NCBI GenBank assembly: GCA_040954595.2
Contig: CM082579.2
Span: 9,103,625 to 9,167,624, forward strand
Reading direction: 5' to 3'
Source: Balanoglossus misakiensis
Lineage: Eukaryota > Animalia > Hemichordata
Length of the DNA: 64,000 bases
Part shown: in pieces, positions 1 through 14,500 of the stretch
Numbering within the stretch: position 1 is the first letter of the stretch
Layout of the letters: each line of letters opens with the position of its first letter
The notes under the pieces: generated by a model
Databases searched by the model: none
What the model saw: only the letters and a program-made list of their open reading frames with translations
Told to the model about the DNA's origin: nothing
Program-made: the position numbers and the translations under genes

Positions 1-1
1 T

Positions 2-2665
2 TTAGATTCCCGAACAAGGTGGCATAGTAGAGGCGCCGGAGTCACTGGGATCTTCGGGTGGTTTCTTTAGGTCCGCTGTTTGGGGAAAAAAATAAAATAA
101 ATTGGAATTAACTGTGATAGATCGAAAGAAATACTGCACAAACTGGCCCTTGGTGCGTCTTTATAGAGGACGATATAAATTGTATTCACACCATATCTGG
201 CCAATAATCAATACAAGATAATAGAAATACGGAATAAAACAACCACCAACGATAATTTCATGTACATGTACATACAATCATTTCCGCGTGACCAATATTT
301 GCATTTGCACATATTTTTATGCAAATAGTATCCAAAATGACAATTGGGGTAAGGTCGCATGGGGTCGTCTTGATCTTTTAATTAGTGGTGGTACCATGGG
401 CATGTTCTGTTCCAAGTTTTCGAATTTTGCGGTCCGTTTTGTATATATTGGTAAATTTAAACGTGACATATATTTCGCAATACGAGATAACTTGAAAAAT
501 TATTTACATGTCAAAATTTAGTAACGAGGCCAATCTGTAATTATAATAACGTTACTTACCCATTGATAAAAATGGGTCTGGTTTCGTTGTGAATATGGGC
601 CGGCCTAAGCTTGAGTACGAAGGTAGCGTCCCAAATGAACCTTGTTTGCACTGATCAGCTTCCAGTTGGTAGTGTGGGGGAGGAACTGTGGTCGGCCCTG
701 GCACGGGTTCGGGGTGTCCCCATTGCCGGCTCGTTACATCGTGGTTGCCCGAGGCACCGACCGGTTCTCCGACGTTCTGTCGCGCTGCCGCACCGACGGC
801 AGACCTCGCGGCCGATGCTTCTGCATTGGTACACGGCGACACGTAGTTGTTGATCGGGCTGTTGATGCTGATGTTCACGGGAGGGTAGGCAGCGGGCGCG
901 GCGGGCTCGGGGCGCTGCAGATCTCTCGCCAGCCGACCCACGGTGAACCTCAAATCTTCGATGGACTGCCTCATTGCCTGAATTTCATCCGGTCGCACAG
1001 CAGCGGGCTGGTTTAATTTCTGGCGTAGCTGCCCGTTGACGATTTGTTGAGACCGCATCTCCTTCTTGAGCTGATCGAGCTCTGCCTTCATTGCCTGCTG
1101 TGCGTTCTGTTGTGCGCGTTGCCCGTCTTCCAAGATTTTGGCCTTCTGCTTCAGAGCATCCGTGTCTTCGTTTCTTGAGTACGTCATCTTTTGAAGCTCA
1201 CTGCAGAGTTCCAGCAGCTCTGTGACTTTCTCCGTCTGGTGGTTGTTGGTCTTGGTGTACAGGTCTAGCGTGGCCGTGACGACGTTGTACATGTACAAGA
1301 ACTGCTTGTCGATGTCTCGTATGACCTCTTGGCATTTGTCGCGCTCTCTCTCGGACGCTTGCCTTTCCCTCTTCAGATCATCCACAAATCGCTGCATCTG
1401 CTCGATATCAAACGGCGGTACCCGTTCCATCTCTGCCTCGTTTGCGGTCATCTGCATCTCAACTCTCTGTTCCCGGTGCATGTTCGGGACCTCCTCGCCA
1501 CCACCATACCCGGTGCTGGTATCTTCGACCTGTAAAAGACAAGTTACCACAACTTGAAAAGAAAAGGGGGTGAGTTGACGGATTAATCGGCCATTGGCTT
1601 TATAACTATAGCTTAACAAGATGATGCCAATGTTATATGAACTAAGACCATTTTCGAAGACTGTATGTCCAAACGTTGATTTGTATAGAGTCAATGCCAA
1701 CTTGACCTAGGCTTAGTTTCGCAAAGTTACATTATTGTGTAACATCTAGCGTGTGTCATTTGTAAATCCTAATGTTGACTGCAGGAGGAGTCCGCACGCA
1801 TTTGAGGAAAAGGTACACCGAGTAATCGATTCAAAATAAAGTGAAATTGCGGTTTATATACAGTGCGATTCCGAGATTCCGGCGTTAGTCGATCACAGAT
1901 AAGAAGTTACACCTCACACATCATGTATGCTTCATTAAATTCAGAGTTGTCATTCAGGTCTATGTGTAGTAATGTCATTCAAAGAAATATATGAAATTAA
2001 ATTCGGTCGCGCTGACATAATTAATATTAACGAGAGATCGAAATTTCACTGAGTGCTGTGAGGTTTTTGACAAACAGTATCCGATACACATGTACTAGTA
2101 AAATGAAAAGACAGTAACCTTGTTTGGAGAGTGTACACCTGAATTTTATTTTAACTATACCTGCTGACATTCTGGTGCGTATGCGTCATTCCGAACGACC
2201 TGTCCGTCCTCTCTTGGTTCGTTACGAATGCTCGTACTGTAATTTAAACAGACGCCAATTTTCAAATGAAAACAAAAGTTATGGCATCTTTGAGAGAAGG
2301 GATTATCATCATCATTATCGTCGCCGACGTAGTAGTCGTCATCACCATCGTCAGTAACAGAAGCAGCAGCAAAAACAACAGCAATCGGCTGGACCCAAAA
2401 CCTTGATGCATGGCATCAGCGTGGGGAAAAAAACACTGATGTGGTGAAGATGCCTACGTTTTAGTTTCAAATTCTCTCTAAGGAAAGACGAAAGAACACC
2501 TTCGCCCAGCTATACCATTAATTTAACGTTTATATTCCGCTTGGTGGTAATCGTTTTACATATTACTTACTCGACACCATCATACGCATTCCCGATGCCA
2601 TGATTGGCCATAATCGTTGTGTATTCTCCACATGGTAGCTCGCGGTAATCGCCACCTTGTGCCAT
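2..2665 (-). CDS. Uncharacterised ~404-aa coiled-coil protein, 4 coding exons
   Basis: Minus-strand exons 2665-2571 (MAQGGDYRELPC...), 2236-2161, 1529-560 and 75-2 (ends ...PPCSGI-TAA). All introns are GT-AG with consistent phases (2,0,1); total 1215 nt = 405 codons. The large exon lies in ORF 552-1700, is GC3-rich and encodes heptad-like Q/E/K/L helices followed by a Pro-rich tail. No family recognised. Confidence 0.75.
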
Positions 2666-2896
2666 GTTGTCTTAATCCATTCGCGGCTCTATTGGCCTGT
2701 CAGTAATAAAAACACATTTATAGTGGAAGAAAGTCGGGGTTAGTGTGGACTGCCAATAAAAGCTAACAAAGTGACGAATAACACGTTATGTATGCTATAC
2801 TCTGACGTAATTAAAAATTACTATACATGCATATACTAGTACTTCGAATTCAGAAAAATATACCGCCAGTATTAGCATAAGCTTTTCAGCTCTGAC

Positions 2897-3199
2897 CACA
2901 GACTAGTCAAAACAACCTGGCCATGAAGAGTGAGCGACCATGCATGCCAACATGTATATTGTGATAGTTTTTAATTTTGACAATAACTTTGACAGAATTA
3001 TATTTAACATGAAGATCTACGTTTGGGGGGCTTTTTGGACAATTACACATACAGACACTAAGACAGACAGACAGACAGACACTGAGACAGACGAGTAAGT
3101 TTAAAGCGTATTTTTCATAATTCCAATATTGGTACTGCCCCGCTCCTAACAATCTCTGGAAACGCCCTTGCCTAGCTTCAATGAAAGGACTAGTCTGTG
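2897..3199. mobile_element. Possible MITE remnant with internal (CAGA)n
   Basis: 12-bp inverted repeat CACAGACTAGTC (2897-2908) / GACTAGTCTGTG (3188-3199) encloses a CAGA microsatellite at ~3050-3092. No clear TSD. Confidence 0.3.
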
Positions 3200-4571
3200 C
3201 TGACAATCCATGCGTTGAAAGTATGTCGATCTTGAATTGCACTTCTTTCATGTCTTTTGTGTGCTGCAAATGGCGGACAATTACTATGTGACGTCACACC
3301 TGCCATGTCAGGCTACAATGCTGCGTTTGCATCCAAAGCGGGATTTTTTTCGGGATAAACGCCCAAAAAAATAATTTTATAAAAACTTGCATTTTGCGAG
3401 ATATAATGTACAGTCGTCACGTAGATCTACCGTTGAATTTTAATTAATTTTACATAGCATCTCTCTTGCCAAGGTAATTTAGTTTCGGTATGTGAGCTGA
3501 TTGCAAATAAGTGAAAGTGTCGTCATGGCATTTTATATCTTAGTTTTGGAAAAGCTCTTTTTCATAGCACACTATTCTAGTTCGAACACCCCGTGTTAGA
3601 ACCATTCGGATATGGCAGACGTTCCGTCATGAAACAAAAATGGAAAGTGACGGGCTTAAAGTGGGAGTCGGCATAATGAAAAGCTTGCGCAACTTCGTTT
3701 CGTCACGGTCAAAGGGTCCCGTAATTTCATCATGTGCGGAGTGTTACAACGCATTCTGGTTCAACTCGACGCTTGTTCACAAACCCAACTCTTCATTAAT
3801 GTTTAAGACAACGCCATTAAGCTGAGTGGTCTTCGAAAACCGAGACACATGCACAATAAGTAACAGTCTCACCTTGGTTTAGTAACATGCAGCCATTGCG
3901 TGAACCAGCCCTTTTAAGGGAACTTTCATAATCACCTAATGGTGGGTAGATGTGCGGGTAGTAAGTGCAGATGTGCCGACAGTATGTCGAGAATAATTGG
4001 TATAAACCTCAACAGGAATGACTCTAATAGGTTTGAACCTTGCAGGTGTGGAATTAAACACTTACAGTTTAGTTCATCTGTCGAGAACTTTGATTTTCCC
4101 CTAGTTTTCCTCAAAACAAAATGAAAAACTCAGGCATCCAGTGTAAATTTAAGGTAAATTTGCCAATACATTCACCATGCAGAAAGTTGGGGTTTCAAGC
4201 TCAATGGGAAATATATGTCTAACAGCTAAAACCATTCAGTTAGATAGTCCAAGGTCTCAAAATCACCAACTAATAGGGAGAACGATGCTACAACGGATTA
4301 AACTTTACACTGCGTCCTGGCAACTCTTTATCATCTTGATTTATTCACAGGTATGATGGTGAAAGAGAGCAAAGGAAAGAAGATCATCCTAATGCCTATA
4401 CGCAGATGCACCATGTGTTTGCAATTCATGAATACTTTTAAAATAAGTTGATTAATTTTTGTAAGAAAACGAGATTTTCACATCAACCGCTGGAGCCAGT
4501 TGCACAAATGATCACCACTTGTCGCCCAGACTTAAAAAATTGGCCTCCTCGAAAAGTGGTGAGTATTGTGC

Positions 4572-4588
4572 TGCCACTAGAGGGCGCA
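4572..4588 (+). promoter_or_regulatory. CTCF-like binding motif
   Basis: TGCCACTAGAGGGCGCA closely matches the CTCF core CCASYAGRKGGCRS. It lies between the 5' end of the coiled-coil gene and the 3' end of HPF1. Confidence 0.45.
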
Positions 4589-5493
4589 CTGCCCAATTGA
4601 CTGCTAGAAACATGCGTATGAGGCGGAGTTGGGTACTGTACTGTTATGGTTTTTATGGCATCAACTTGGAGTTTTCTGACACCATGACCAACAGCAAAAG
4701 TTTACCGAAAATGTCTTATAGTATGACTAAGTATTCTAAAACTGCAGGATTGATCATGCTGTCATCTGCAGACTGATGAAACTTTAAAACAAGACAGACA
4801 TGGGTGGCAAAGGACATCACAGCATCTGTGGCTAAAATGTTTTTTGCATGTTTGTATAGGATACTAAACGTCACAATGATACACAGCTCTTTCAGAAAAC
4901 TAAACACACACTGTATCCTTTTATTCAATAAAATAGAACTATAATTACACCAACTACGACAGCTGGAAGTATAAGAAAGATCTGTACTTCAACGGGCTAG
5001 TAGCAACATGATTCATCATTGCCGGTTGTCAAGATGGGTAACCGTACCCAGCAGACGAACTTGTTCACAGCAAGACACAAGGATTCACCTTCACTGGTTC
5101 TCTCACAGGTTGATACTTTGTGTTACAGCTACTGTGCAGTGGTCGTGTTTGAAATACATGTAGCTATATATTATACATTTTCCCCTGCTAGTTCCCAATG
5201 CACCTGACCATGAAGACTGACTATACTTGTATACTACCAGTATTATTATTTAAGACATCTGTACTGTGCCATCTGCATCAGCACTGCAGTGCTATCCTTC
5301 AGTGTGTGTCTGTCATATGCAGAAAGTCTGACTACCCACAGAATATTCTGGGCGACAGTAACCAAGATCCAGTGGCCATCACAGGGATGTGACTCACTGA
5401 TGATAGCAGCTTCTTCAATCAATACGTACGCACACTGACGACAGCGCCATACCCTGTACACAAAATAGATCCCGCACCGGCTGGATAGATATC

Positions 5494-7628
5494 TTACAGC
5501 AACTGACTCAGATTCGTCTTTCGTCTGTGCTTCAAGTGCTTGGATATGATCTGCGCGTACTCCTCCCTGCCCAGCAGGGTGTAGGCCAGCGGCAGCAGAT
5601 TGTCGATGGCCCCGTGGAAGTAGGCGGATCCGTTGCAGAAGAGGTCGATGCCCAGCTCGTAGCCCTCGCCGTAGTCGCACTCGTCGTTGGCAAACTGCAC
5701 CAGGGTGATGATCTCCTGCAGGTCGTCGAAGTTCTTGGTTCTCTCGCTGTCGGTGCCGCTCTCCACGATCTTCTTCAGAATCTTCTTCAGAGATGCTACG
5801 GAAGAAGAAATCAAGAGTTTCAAGACTTGATGAGAGATGCTAGCAAGAAGTAGACAGTGACTCAGAACGTAGACAAGAAGGGCTTCATTTCTTTTGGGTG
5901 TTCTGGTTTCACACATCTTATTTAAGCACAGTTTGATTCGTTATGTGTACATGTAGGGAAGTACACATATCTATTTACCATCGGTTTCAGGCAGTGGTCT
6001 GTAGCCGATATCATCGATGACTTGCACAACGATACCAGCTCCGTGGAATGTCTTGGTGACCACTTTCTTGTCTCTAGCCTTCATCGCCTTGGTCTTGGGT
6101 TCCAGCGAGAATTTGCCCTTCTTCGCCCACTTTGCCAGTTCATCGTCGAGTTTCTTGAGCCCTCCTTTCTTTTTCTGATTCTTGGTTTCTTTGAGTACTT
6201 TATCGAGGTGAGATCTGATTGGTGAACAAAGAACAGAGATGATATTAACCTCCCCAGAGATTTACTGATGCGCTAGATCATGAAAGTAGTCCTTATCGCA
6301 TAACTAGCACAGTAGCAATTTACAAAGCGCATCGTTTTCACTTATCTTATTACCTGCACATTTAACTGCACCTTTTTACCCCCAACCCCCGGGGGAAAAC
6401 AATATCAAAGAACAAAACGAACAGTTTTACTAACTTGACAGCACCAAAGAGGTTCTCCCCCATGGCCTTAATGTTACAGCTCTCAGCAGCCGCGTTGGCA
6501 GCCACGAATACCGGCATCTCTTTGGGATCGTCCCTGTAGTAACCGAGGTGATACTGGCTGGCGTCGTCGCCCTTGACAACAGTCAGGAACTCCGGCGGAT
6601 CGTAGTAGTACCTCCAGTGCAACAGGTAACACGGCTTCTTGCCTTTGCGATTCTTGAATCTTCCGGCGAGGACGTCAAACGGTCCCACAAGTTGCAGGCC
6701 TAGGGTATCCAACAGGGCGTCTGGAAAATTCAGAAAAGTAACATTGTTCTGATGATGTCTGTTGTAGTTAAGAGCTGCGCAGATATATTCTATTGATTCT
6801 TGATATTGCTTTTCTTTCAGATGTGACAATGAGTTTGTTTGGAAAAGTACCTGTTGGATTTGCTTTGTTTAAACTTTGACAGAACTCCCAAAATTCATAG
6901 AAGTCTTCGGGCATGTCCACTTTGAACTTGATTTTGATTTCTTCTTTCACATCTGATGGTGTTGGAGGCATATCCTCATCTTCCTCGTCATCTACATGGG
7001 AAGATGATTAAATGAGATTGTGCAAGTTATACTTGGGGGCGAAAATGGATTTTCCTGAACAACTTTCCTGAACAACTTTACCCAAAGCTAATACGAGTAT
7101 TAAACTTCAGGAAAAAAGCCAAAAGTGAGTTTACCACTGTCCACCTTCTGTTCCACTTCTTCTACGTCTTCCTCCTCCTCTTGTACTTCTTTCTCCACTT
7201 TTTCTGTTTTCTTTTCTATAGTTTCTTTTTGGCAACTCCCTTCACCAGCAGCGCCAGATTGTTTTCTTGGTTTCTTGGCTGGTTTCTCCTCTATGTCCTT
7301 TTAGGAGATCAAAATAAAGCACTTGTTGGCGTTACCTAGCCTGAAAATTTCATTTCACTTCAAATTGGTGCCTATAAAGGATTTTTTTTCCGCTGTTGCC
7401 ATGGTTCCAGCTGATGCTACGGAGGTACCAGAGAGTACCTCCATGATTACACAGACCCCATGATCATATGTGCAAACTGCGTATCCGCGCAGCAAGCTCC
7501 ATCCCTACCTCGTCCCCCTTTCGTTTATGGTGTCTAAACTGGGACAGGTGTTGTTTATTCTTCCTGTAACACTTCTCTCCATATTTACACATCGGTTTAC
7601 CGTCGTCTTCCGAACCAGAGTCTGCCAT
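5494..7628 (-). CDS. HPF1: Histone PARylation factor 1 (C4orf27-like) with N-terminal PBZ zinc finger, ~415 aa, 6 exons
   Basis: Minus-strand exons 7628-7509, 7297-7135, 6991-6851, 6720-6435, 6214-5979, 5795-5494; GT-AG with consistent phases, 1248 nt. HPF1 motifs: [59 protein letters not shown] and FANDECDYG (catalytic D/E pair). PBZ: [20 protein letters not shown]. An in-frame upstream ATG exists at 7652. Confidence 0.95.
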
Positions 7629-7629
7629 G

Positions 7630-8085
7630 TTTTTATCTTCGCGCGTTCCCATATGACCTTTTCACCCGTGACCTAAATTTGTGACCGCAACGACATATTC
7701 TGAGAAGGGGGAGGGACTTTACTATAGATGTACTTTATCACTACTTTTCATATAGTTACTAGACATAACCGTTCTATTTTTATGTTTCGTAATATTTATC
7801 AATATCATAGACAAATTGTATTACGCGTTTTCACACAGATAGAAGCAAAATTAATTCCCGCAAAGCTGACCACCCCTCCCTTTTCTGGTATAATGATAAG
7901 TTCATTTTGTCCCGACATGCACAGCTCGCAATATGGCGATGACCAAAATCTGACTTCCTGGGTACGTTGTACGCCTCCTGTACGTGACTTCAAGAAGCAA
8001 TTATTTACTGAAAACAACGATTTCAAGGCTTTCGATCTGCTGTCTTTGTGATTATATCAATCGCTATGAGCACAGACCGGTTGTA
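7630..8085. promoter_or_regulatory. Putative bidirectional promoter for HPF1 and the CLC gene
   Basis: The genes are divergent. YY1-like CAATATGGCG (~7929), ETS-like ACTTCCTG (~7953) and a donor-like GTAAGT (~8083) suggest a non-coding first exon of the CLC gene. No transcript evidence. Confidence 0.4.
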
Positions 8086-11000
8086 AGTATTTATAAGGAA
8101 TTTATCAATGCGGGAAATAAGTGTCAAGAGTTGCTATGCGCTACGTGTGCATATCTGCATTACCCAGTCTGCAGTCAGCACCGAACATATTATTATTATG
8201 ATTATGATGTAAAACCAACAGATTCGACTGCATGTCAGTGTTTATGATAATAATTTGACCATTCCTTAAGGTAATCACTGTCGAACTGAATATGTTCTGT
8301 AAGTGTATTGAATAAAGTGCCGCAGAATTGCCAATGCACATTTTAAATGGAAGGCGACTGTCCCTGATTTTTGTCTGTGTAATTTTAACAGAGAAGCTGG
8401 TTTAGAAACGTGTCACTTCTCTCCTCCGTGAAGTATAACCCGAGGGGCAAATTTTTTATTGTGCATGTGTATTTTTATTGCCGATAATCCCTTGTGGGAA
8501 CGGGGACAGAACGAATGTCAATTGTCATACGAAGTTTGGCGAGTTATCAGTTCATGGAAATCTGCATGCATGAGTCACACTCACGTACACCACACATCAT
8601 AGCATGGAGACCTCCACGGTCACAGTAGGAACGGCAACTACATGTAGGATTCATCTTGTGTGGTTGATCAATCACCACCTCCGTAGGTCATGTAGAGGTC
8701 ATGAAATTGGCCTGTTGGTTACAGGAACTGGAAATATACATGTATATCCAATTGAAATATGCATGTATATATTCAAATTCTGCTTGGCAATATAGTTCCA
8801 ATTTGTGTTGGACAAGTGAGCATCTTAATAAATTTCCTGAAACAGTTTAAAACTATAAATAAAGATGTACAGTAAGCGCTGTGAAATGTTGAGTGGAAGC
8901 ACTTTGAACTGAATCTGTCTGCTGTGAGTGTCTTTGGCTGCATCTGTCATGGGGGATTTTCCAATGTCTTGGTTTGGGACTATTCTGTCTGCTAGCATGA
9001 ACCAATGCACTATCCCTCATCTGTTCACTGGCAAAACACACCACTAGCTCTGCTGTTAGGTGAGCTGCACATCTGGGATTGGCTCAATATGGGTGTTTTG
9101 AAAAAAACAAAAATCTTTTAAAAATTAAAACTGCAGTTGGCTTGATGCGTATGTTTTATAACCTTAGTAACTTGACAATAGAAGTGTCCTATGCCATTTA
9201 AAACTATGACACAAAGAAACTGAATTGAGCCAATGCCTTATCCCTCGTCTGAACCTGATCTGTCAGCAGGCAGCCCACAAATATTACATTATAATGTGTA
9301 ATATCAGTGGTGCAGTGACCTTCATGTTAATATCCCATTTTATCAACCACTATGACCTTGGCACATACCACGCTTCCCATTTCCTCCATGCTGACCTTTA
9401 AACCCTGGATCTCACTCTGTACTAAAATCTTGTCCACACTTCTTTTGTACCCTCTCTGCAGCTGGAGTACTAAGTGAATATGAATATGGAGAATATTGAG
9501 TAAGTGCATGTAACCGAATATTACTTGTCTGCATGTGTGCACCCTGCATTGAATATGTGCATCAGCATGTGCAGACAACTTGCTTGCACATCGACCCTTT
9601 CACTGCTGTTCCGTGGTCTGGTCTGATCATGCTCGCTTAGTGGAAGTGGACAGGCGTACTGCAGAGTAGGGGTGAAAGGGTTGGTGAGCAGTCTCGTCTT
9701 GATGGTTTGTGTATGTGTGAATTAAAAAAAGGCAAATGCATGTTTGCCAATGAAACAGACCCTGTCTTGGATTATGTATTCACTGTATTCCTTGTATTGC
9801 ATGCAAGCTAACTTTTCCCAAAGGTACATGATAACCGTTCTTTGGTGTCATTCTGACTAATATTTTTTGAAGTCGTGTACATGTAAGTTTACTCTAAAAT
9901 ATGGCGAATCTGAAATGTTTCAGTTATGGCCTGTTTGTGGGTACGAATTACATGTACATGTATACTTAACAGACAGACATGTGTACATAAGTTATCATAT
10001 TTTAATATATTTTTTATGCATAAAAAGTACTTCATGTTACATTTATATCTCATTATGCCCATGAAATATTGAAAGTAGTACTAGCTCATTTACAGCCTAT
10101 TCAGCAAAATGGCAAATTTGTGTGAGCAAACAATCAGAGTTATTTTAAACAATAGCAGCTTTGTCTCTTAAGTATTCTTGCACTCATGATGTCAGTGTTG
10201 TCTTGTGAAATGTACAGTGTATTCATCCTTGTACTCTGTACAATGCGCAGGACTGCCAGTGCCAATGTGTGTATTGTGAGATTGCAAACTGTACGAGACA
10301 CAGGATCTGCACAATTCAAGAATAGATTGTAGTGAACTCTCTTCCCCCCTGTTCTCTGTCTGCCTGTCCAATTGTTCACATTTGTCTGGCATTCTTGTGT
10401 GTAATACAAACGGGTTTAAAACATCCTTTTTTAATGTACCGTACCAGCATTTATCATTTAATGTATCTCACTCTCGATTAAAAGTCGTATTCTTTCTTCT
10501 GTACCACATGTTTTTTATTTTAAGTAAGTAAACAATAGATTTAATGGATCAGTGTGTCTGGTCTGTAATGCTACAGAAATGCATATCACATGTTGGTTAA
10601 ATATAGCCACCGTTTGGCCAAGTTGACAGTGTGCCTGTAGTCCCTTCATACAGTAGAATCTGCCACAATATGATCATTGACCGAAATAGGTGTAAAATGG
10701 GCTTCAAAAATTGAATATTAGGTTGTGAATTGGTAATGTATGGTTAGTGGTACAAATCAGCCAGTTCTGATGACAGGTAACATATCTTCTTATGTTTCGT
10801 ACTCAATATGCCCTAATAACAACAATTGTAAGTGGTTCTCTAAAAAACTTTGATGAGGAAAGCTTTGAAGATTGCCCAATTCAGTTTACATTCAAGTACC
10901 TTTGTAATGCCCCTCTGACTTTATGTATGTTGGGCAATTTGGTTGCCATGGCAGCTGTCGGCAGAAAGATAAAATGGCAAGAATCAGTGTGTTGTCATCT

Positions 11001-11521
11001 TGCGTGGGTGGAAGTAAAACTACCATTGAGAACAGTCGATCATGTTTCTTCAATTTTCACTGCAGTAGCGTGCAGAGTAGTCAGATGATGGGTGGTTTTC
11101 TTTGTGGTTGGGATGTGTGTCTGCATAAGTTTGGGGTGTAGCATCTGTCTGGTACAATGTAATGTTTTAAGTTAGCTCCCTCGCCCCTACAGTTCATAAT
11201 AGGAAAAGATTGAATGGGGGAATTCATAAAATGCACATATTTAGGGTGATTGCTGAAAGGGGGTGAAAAACAAGACACTGATTTGCTTTCCTATAAAATC
11301 CCTACAATATCCATTGCATCTCGTTGCTCTTTATAAAGAGCAGGCAGAATCAGGTAATAATGCCTCTCATGTCATGATGTGAGTGTAATTTGGATGGGAA
11401 AATACAGGAAAGAACATGGAAAAAGTGAGACCCCCCCCCCACCCCCACCCTTTGTCAAGCAAGACAGAGTGATCTGAACGTTTTATACCTTCGCAGGCTG
11501 AACCACTGCCCATCTTCAGAA

Positions 11522-14500
11522 ATGGAAAGCGACACCTTCTTAGAAGACCGCGAATCGCCCATCAGTGTCGACAGATACGAGAGATTCGGCAACATCCAAG
11601 AAGAGGAAGATGATGAACTCATCGACATCACAGATGAAGATGGCAGTGCAACTGGTAGATCGTCCATAGATAACTTCAGAGACTCTACGCCAGGTAAGAT
11701 CAGAGTTATCATGTTGGATGAATTTCATGGGGAGCGATGTGGATGGAAAGATGTGTACGTGTATATTGTATGTGAATTTTAGTGTGTGTCTGTGTCTGTA
11801 TGATGTATCCATTGTTGGATCTGTATCTGTTTTGTCTATCAGTCTTCTGAAGTGCATATGAATAAGTGTACCTGTATTGTGAATTTGAGGTGAAGCGATG
11901 GTCAACTTCCTGGCTCTAGATGGTCACATACACATAAACTTATAAGTGCTACAGCCTACCCAGGATCTAGGAGGCCAGACGCCTTAGATTATGAGTCCAA
12001 TTTTGAATGCTTGGCCGTAAGAGCGCCATCTTGAGGTCAGATGTGAAAGTTTACCCTGCCAATTTTAGTCCACCTGTTGTCTCTCTGTTATCACACATCA
12101 AGGACACCCTAAATGTACAATCAAAATTATATCAAGACTGCCTGATTTGTACATGTATGAAAAACTTGTATGTTTTTTCTTCTTCTGAATTTCAATTACA
12201 TGTACAAATGTATCTATTTGGCTAAGATCTACAAAATATTGTTTGTGTATCATCTGATGTCATTGTCTACATTTGTGAGTGATCATTTCTGTAAAAAAAA
12301 ACTGGACAAAGGCATATTTTTGTATGATAGAAGTATCAAAATTAATGTCTTTACAGCAAGTGTAATATTAAAACATAATCGAAATCAGTTGGTAGCATTC
12401 ATATTGTGATAATAGTAATACATCCTACACGGTTGTACATGCGTACTTGGGAACCAGCATCCACACCAGTCAGCGCAGAATTCATCTTAGTCAAGTAACA
12501 ATCAACTGAAGTGGAAAATTCCATCTCGTCAGAGCAGCAAACAGCCAATTTAGAAAATGCTTTAGAGTATTTCCTTTCCATCAAGGTTATGGGATTTGAG
12601 GCTGACCAATTTGCAGCTTTCACTGAGTGACTGTTCTTGATGTTCTGTACATTGCTGCATGTCATATTATTCACACATGTAACCTCATGTCACTTTGTCA
12701 TGTTTGTGTCAATCATATGTGTGATCCTTTAATATGTTTGATCTGAAAAATTACAAGTAGGTGTGGTTTAAACAAAGTAATTTGTCATTCTGTGCTAGTC
12801 GTTTACCTGTTTGTGTCCATGAAGTACCATAATTGAGTATGAGCATCTAGAATACATACAATTATAATTTTATATATGAAATTTAGGTTTAGCTTTTCTG
12901 AGAAATTAATCCATATAGTACAAATGTCCGTATATTTTTGTGTGATGAATATGGCCTCCAAGTCTAATTTATGGCGATTTTTATTAAGAAAGTATAAAAT
13001 ATCCGCCAAATGCAGGAAGTACCAATATTATGAATTAGCATTAATTGAGTGAAAAACACTACCAGTATGTCAGTGGGAGGCCCTTTTCTAGTACCTCCAC
13101 AGTAATATGATCGAATGGAATTGATATTTTCAAAGTCACTCAACTTGTTTGAAATATCCTGTTCGCGGTAACAGAAGCGCGGCACTGCCTCTGTTGCTAT
13201 GAGATGAAAGAGCGTGTTTGAAAACGGAATCCCTAACGCCCAGCGCGAAGGCCGCACGAATTAAAGTGACTTTGTCAGGATGTGTGAGATGCAAGCAGTG
13301 CTATTTGCTCAGTGTAGGTGACACAAGCACATGATGGCTTTCTGAGCTGTGGCCATACAGGGAAGTTCAGTCTGCCTGTGTTTGCGAAGTCAATAATACA
13401 ATGTGGCAAGCAACTTGTATACAGCATGATTGATGATGACATCACATAGCGCTGCCTGTTTTATTTCTGTATATGCACAGCACCTGTAACATGTCAGCGG
13501 TCCAAATCGCCAACAATTTTCAAAAGATATCAGTTTTTATGAGAGCACCAGAGTCTGTATCTGGGGCTTGATTTCTACCATACAGTCAAAAATATTTAAT
13601 ATGAAAGAAATTTTACATCTCCACAAAAGTTACAACACCAAGATGCAACGTAGTTCCTGTTACACACAAAGTCGTTTATTGATTTAGTGGCGGTGGAGTG
13701 CTACTTCAACAACAATAACAGCTTTATAAGATGATGTCTCACGGACAGGCCATTTCATGAAGTTAACAGGTTTGAGTGGCAAGTCTTGACAATGCACTAT
13801 GCATATGGTGATACATCTGTGTGTACATGTCCAACATATGCACAGGGGGAAGACATGCTATGAATAATTAAAGACCAGACGTGTGATTCATAAATTTATC
13901 GGGAGATGCCACTTCCCTAGACTTTCCTGCAACTGATATTTTAAGACGTGTCTGTTTCAAAACAAATCAACCGATATGGAAAGAAATTAGACATTTTGGA
14001 CATTTAGAACTTCCTTTAAGAGGTCATGCTTGAAAAAAAGTCACCTTCAATTCTAGAATTTATATATCTGTTCAGGTGCATGTAAATTACCTTCATAGCT
14101 CACTGATTCAAGAACATATTTAGCATAATTAAGGGAGTTGTGTATCTAGTGATTGTATATGTGATTTCAACTGTGAAACTTCTTGAAATGAATACGGTAT
14201 TAAAAGAAGATGTATAAAAGAGGAAATTTGGCTGCCGTTAGACTGAAATGGTTTGCAAATTGTGTTCTCCTTGTGATTGCCTACAAGTGGTACTACCTAG
14301 TATGCCCATGCGTTCATTGTTTTGGCAGACAGTTATATGTACATATTCATTAGTGAAGAATGTATAGGAGTGGATGATTTCTGAATGAAATGAACTAAAA
14401 TGCATAATGAACCACTGGTTAATCAGAAAGAAATAATTTACATGATTTTATTGAGTCGCTGCCTGCTTATTCGCCGCTAATTTATAGCTTCAGTGATAAG

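Noticed and set aside
1530-1700. N-terminal extension of ORF 552-1700 (MALTLYK...)
   Set aside because: Non-ATG start in AT-rich sequence upstream of a good acceptor at 1530-1531; intronic in the spliced model.
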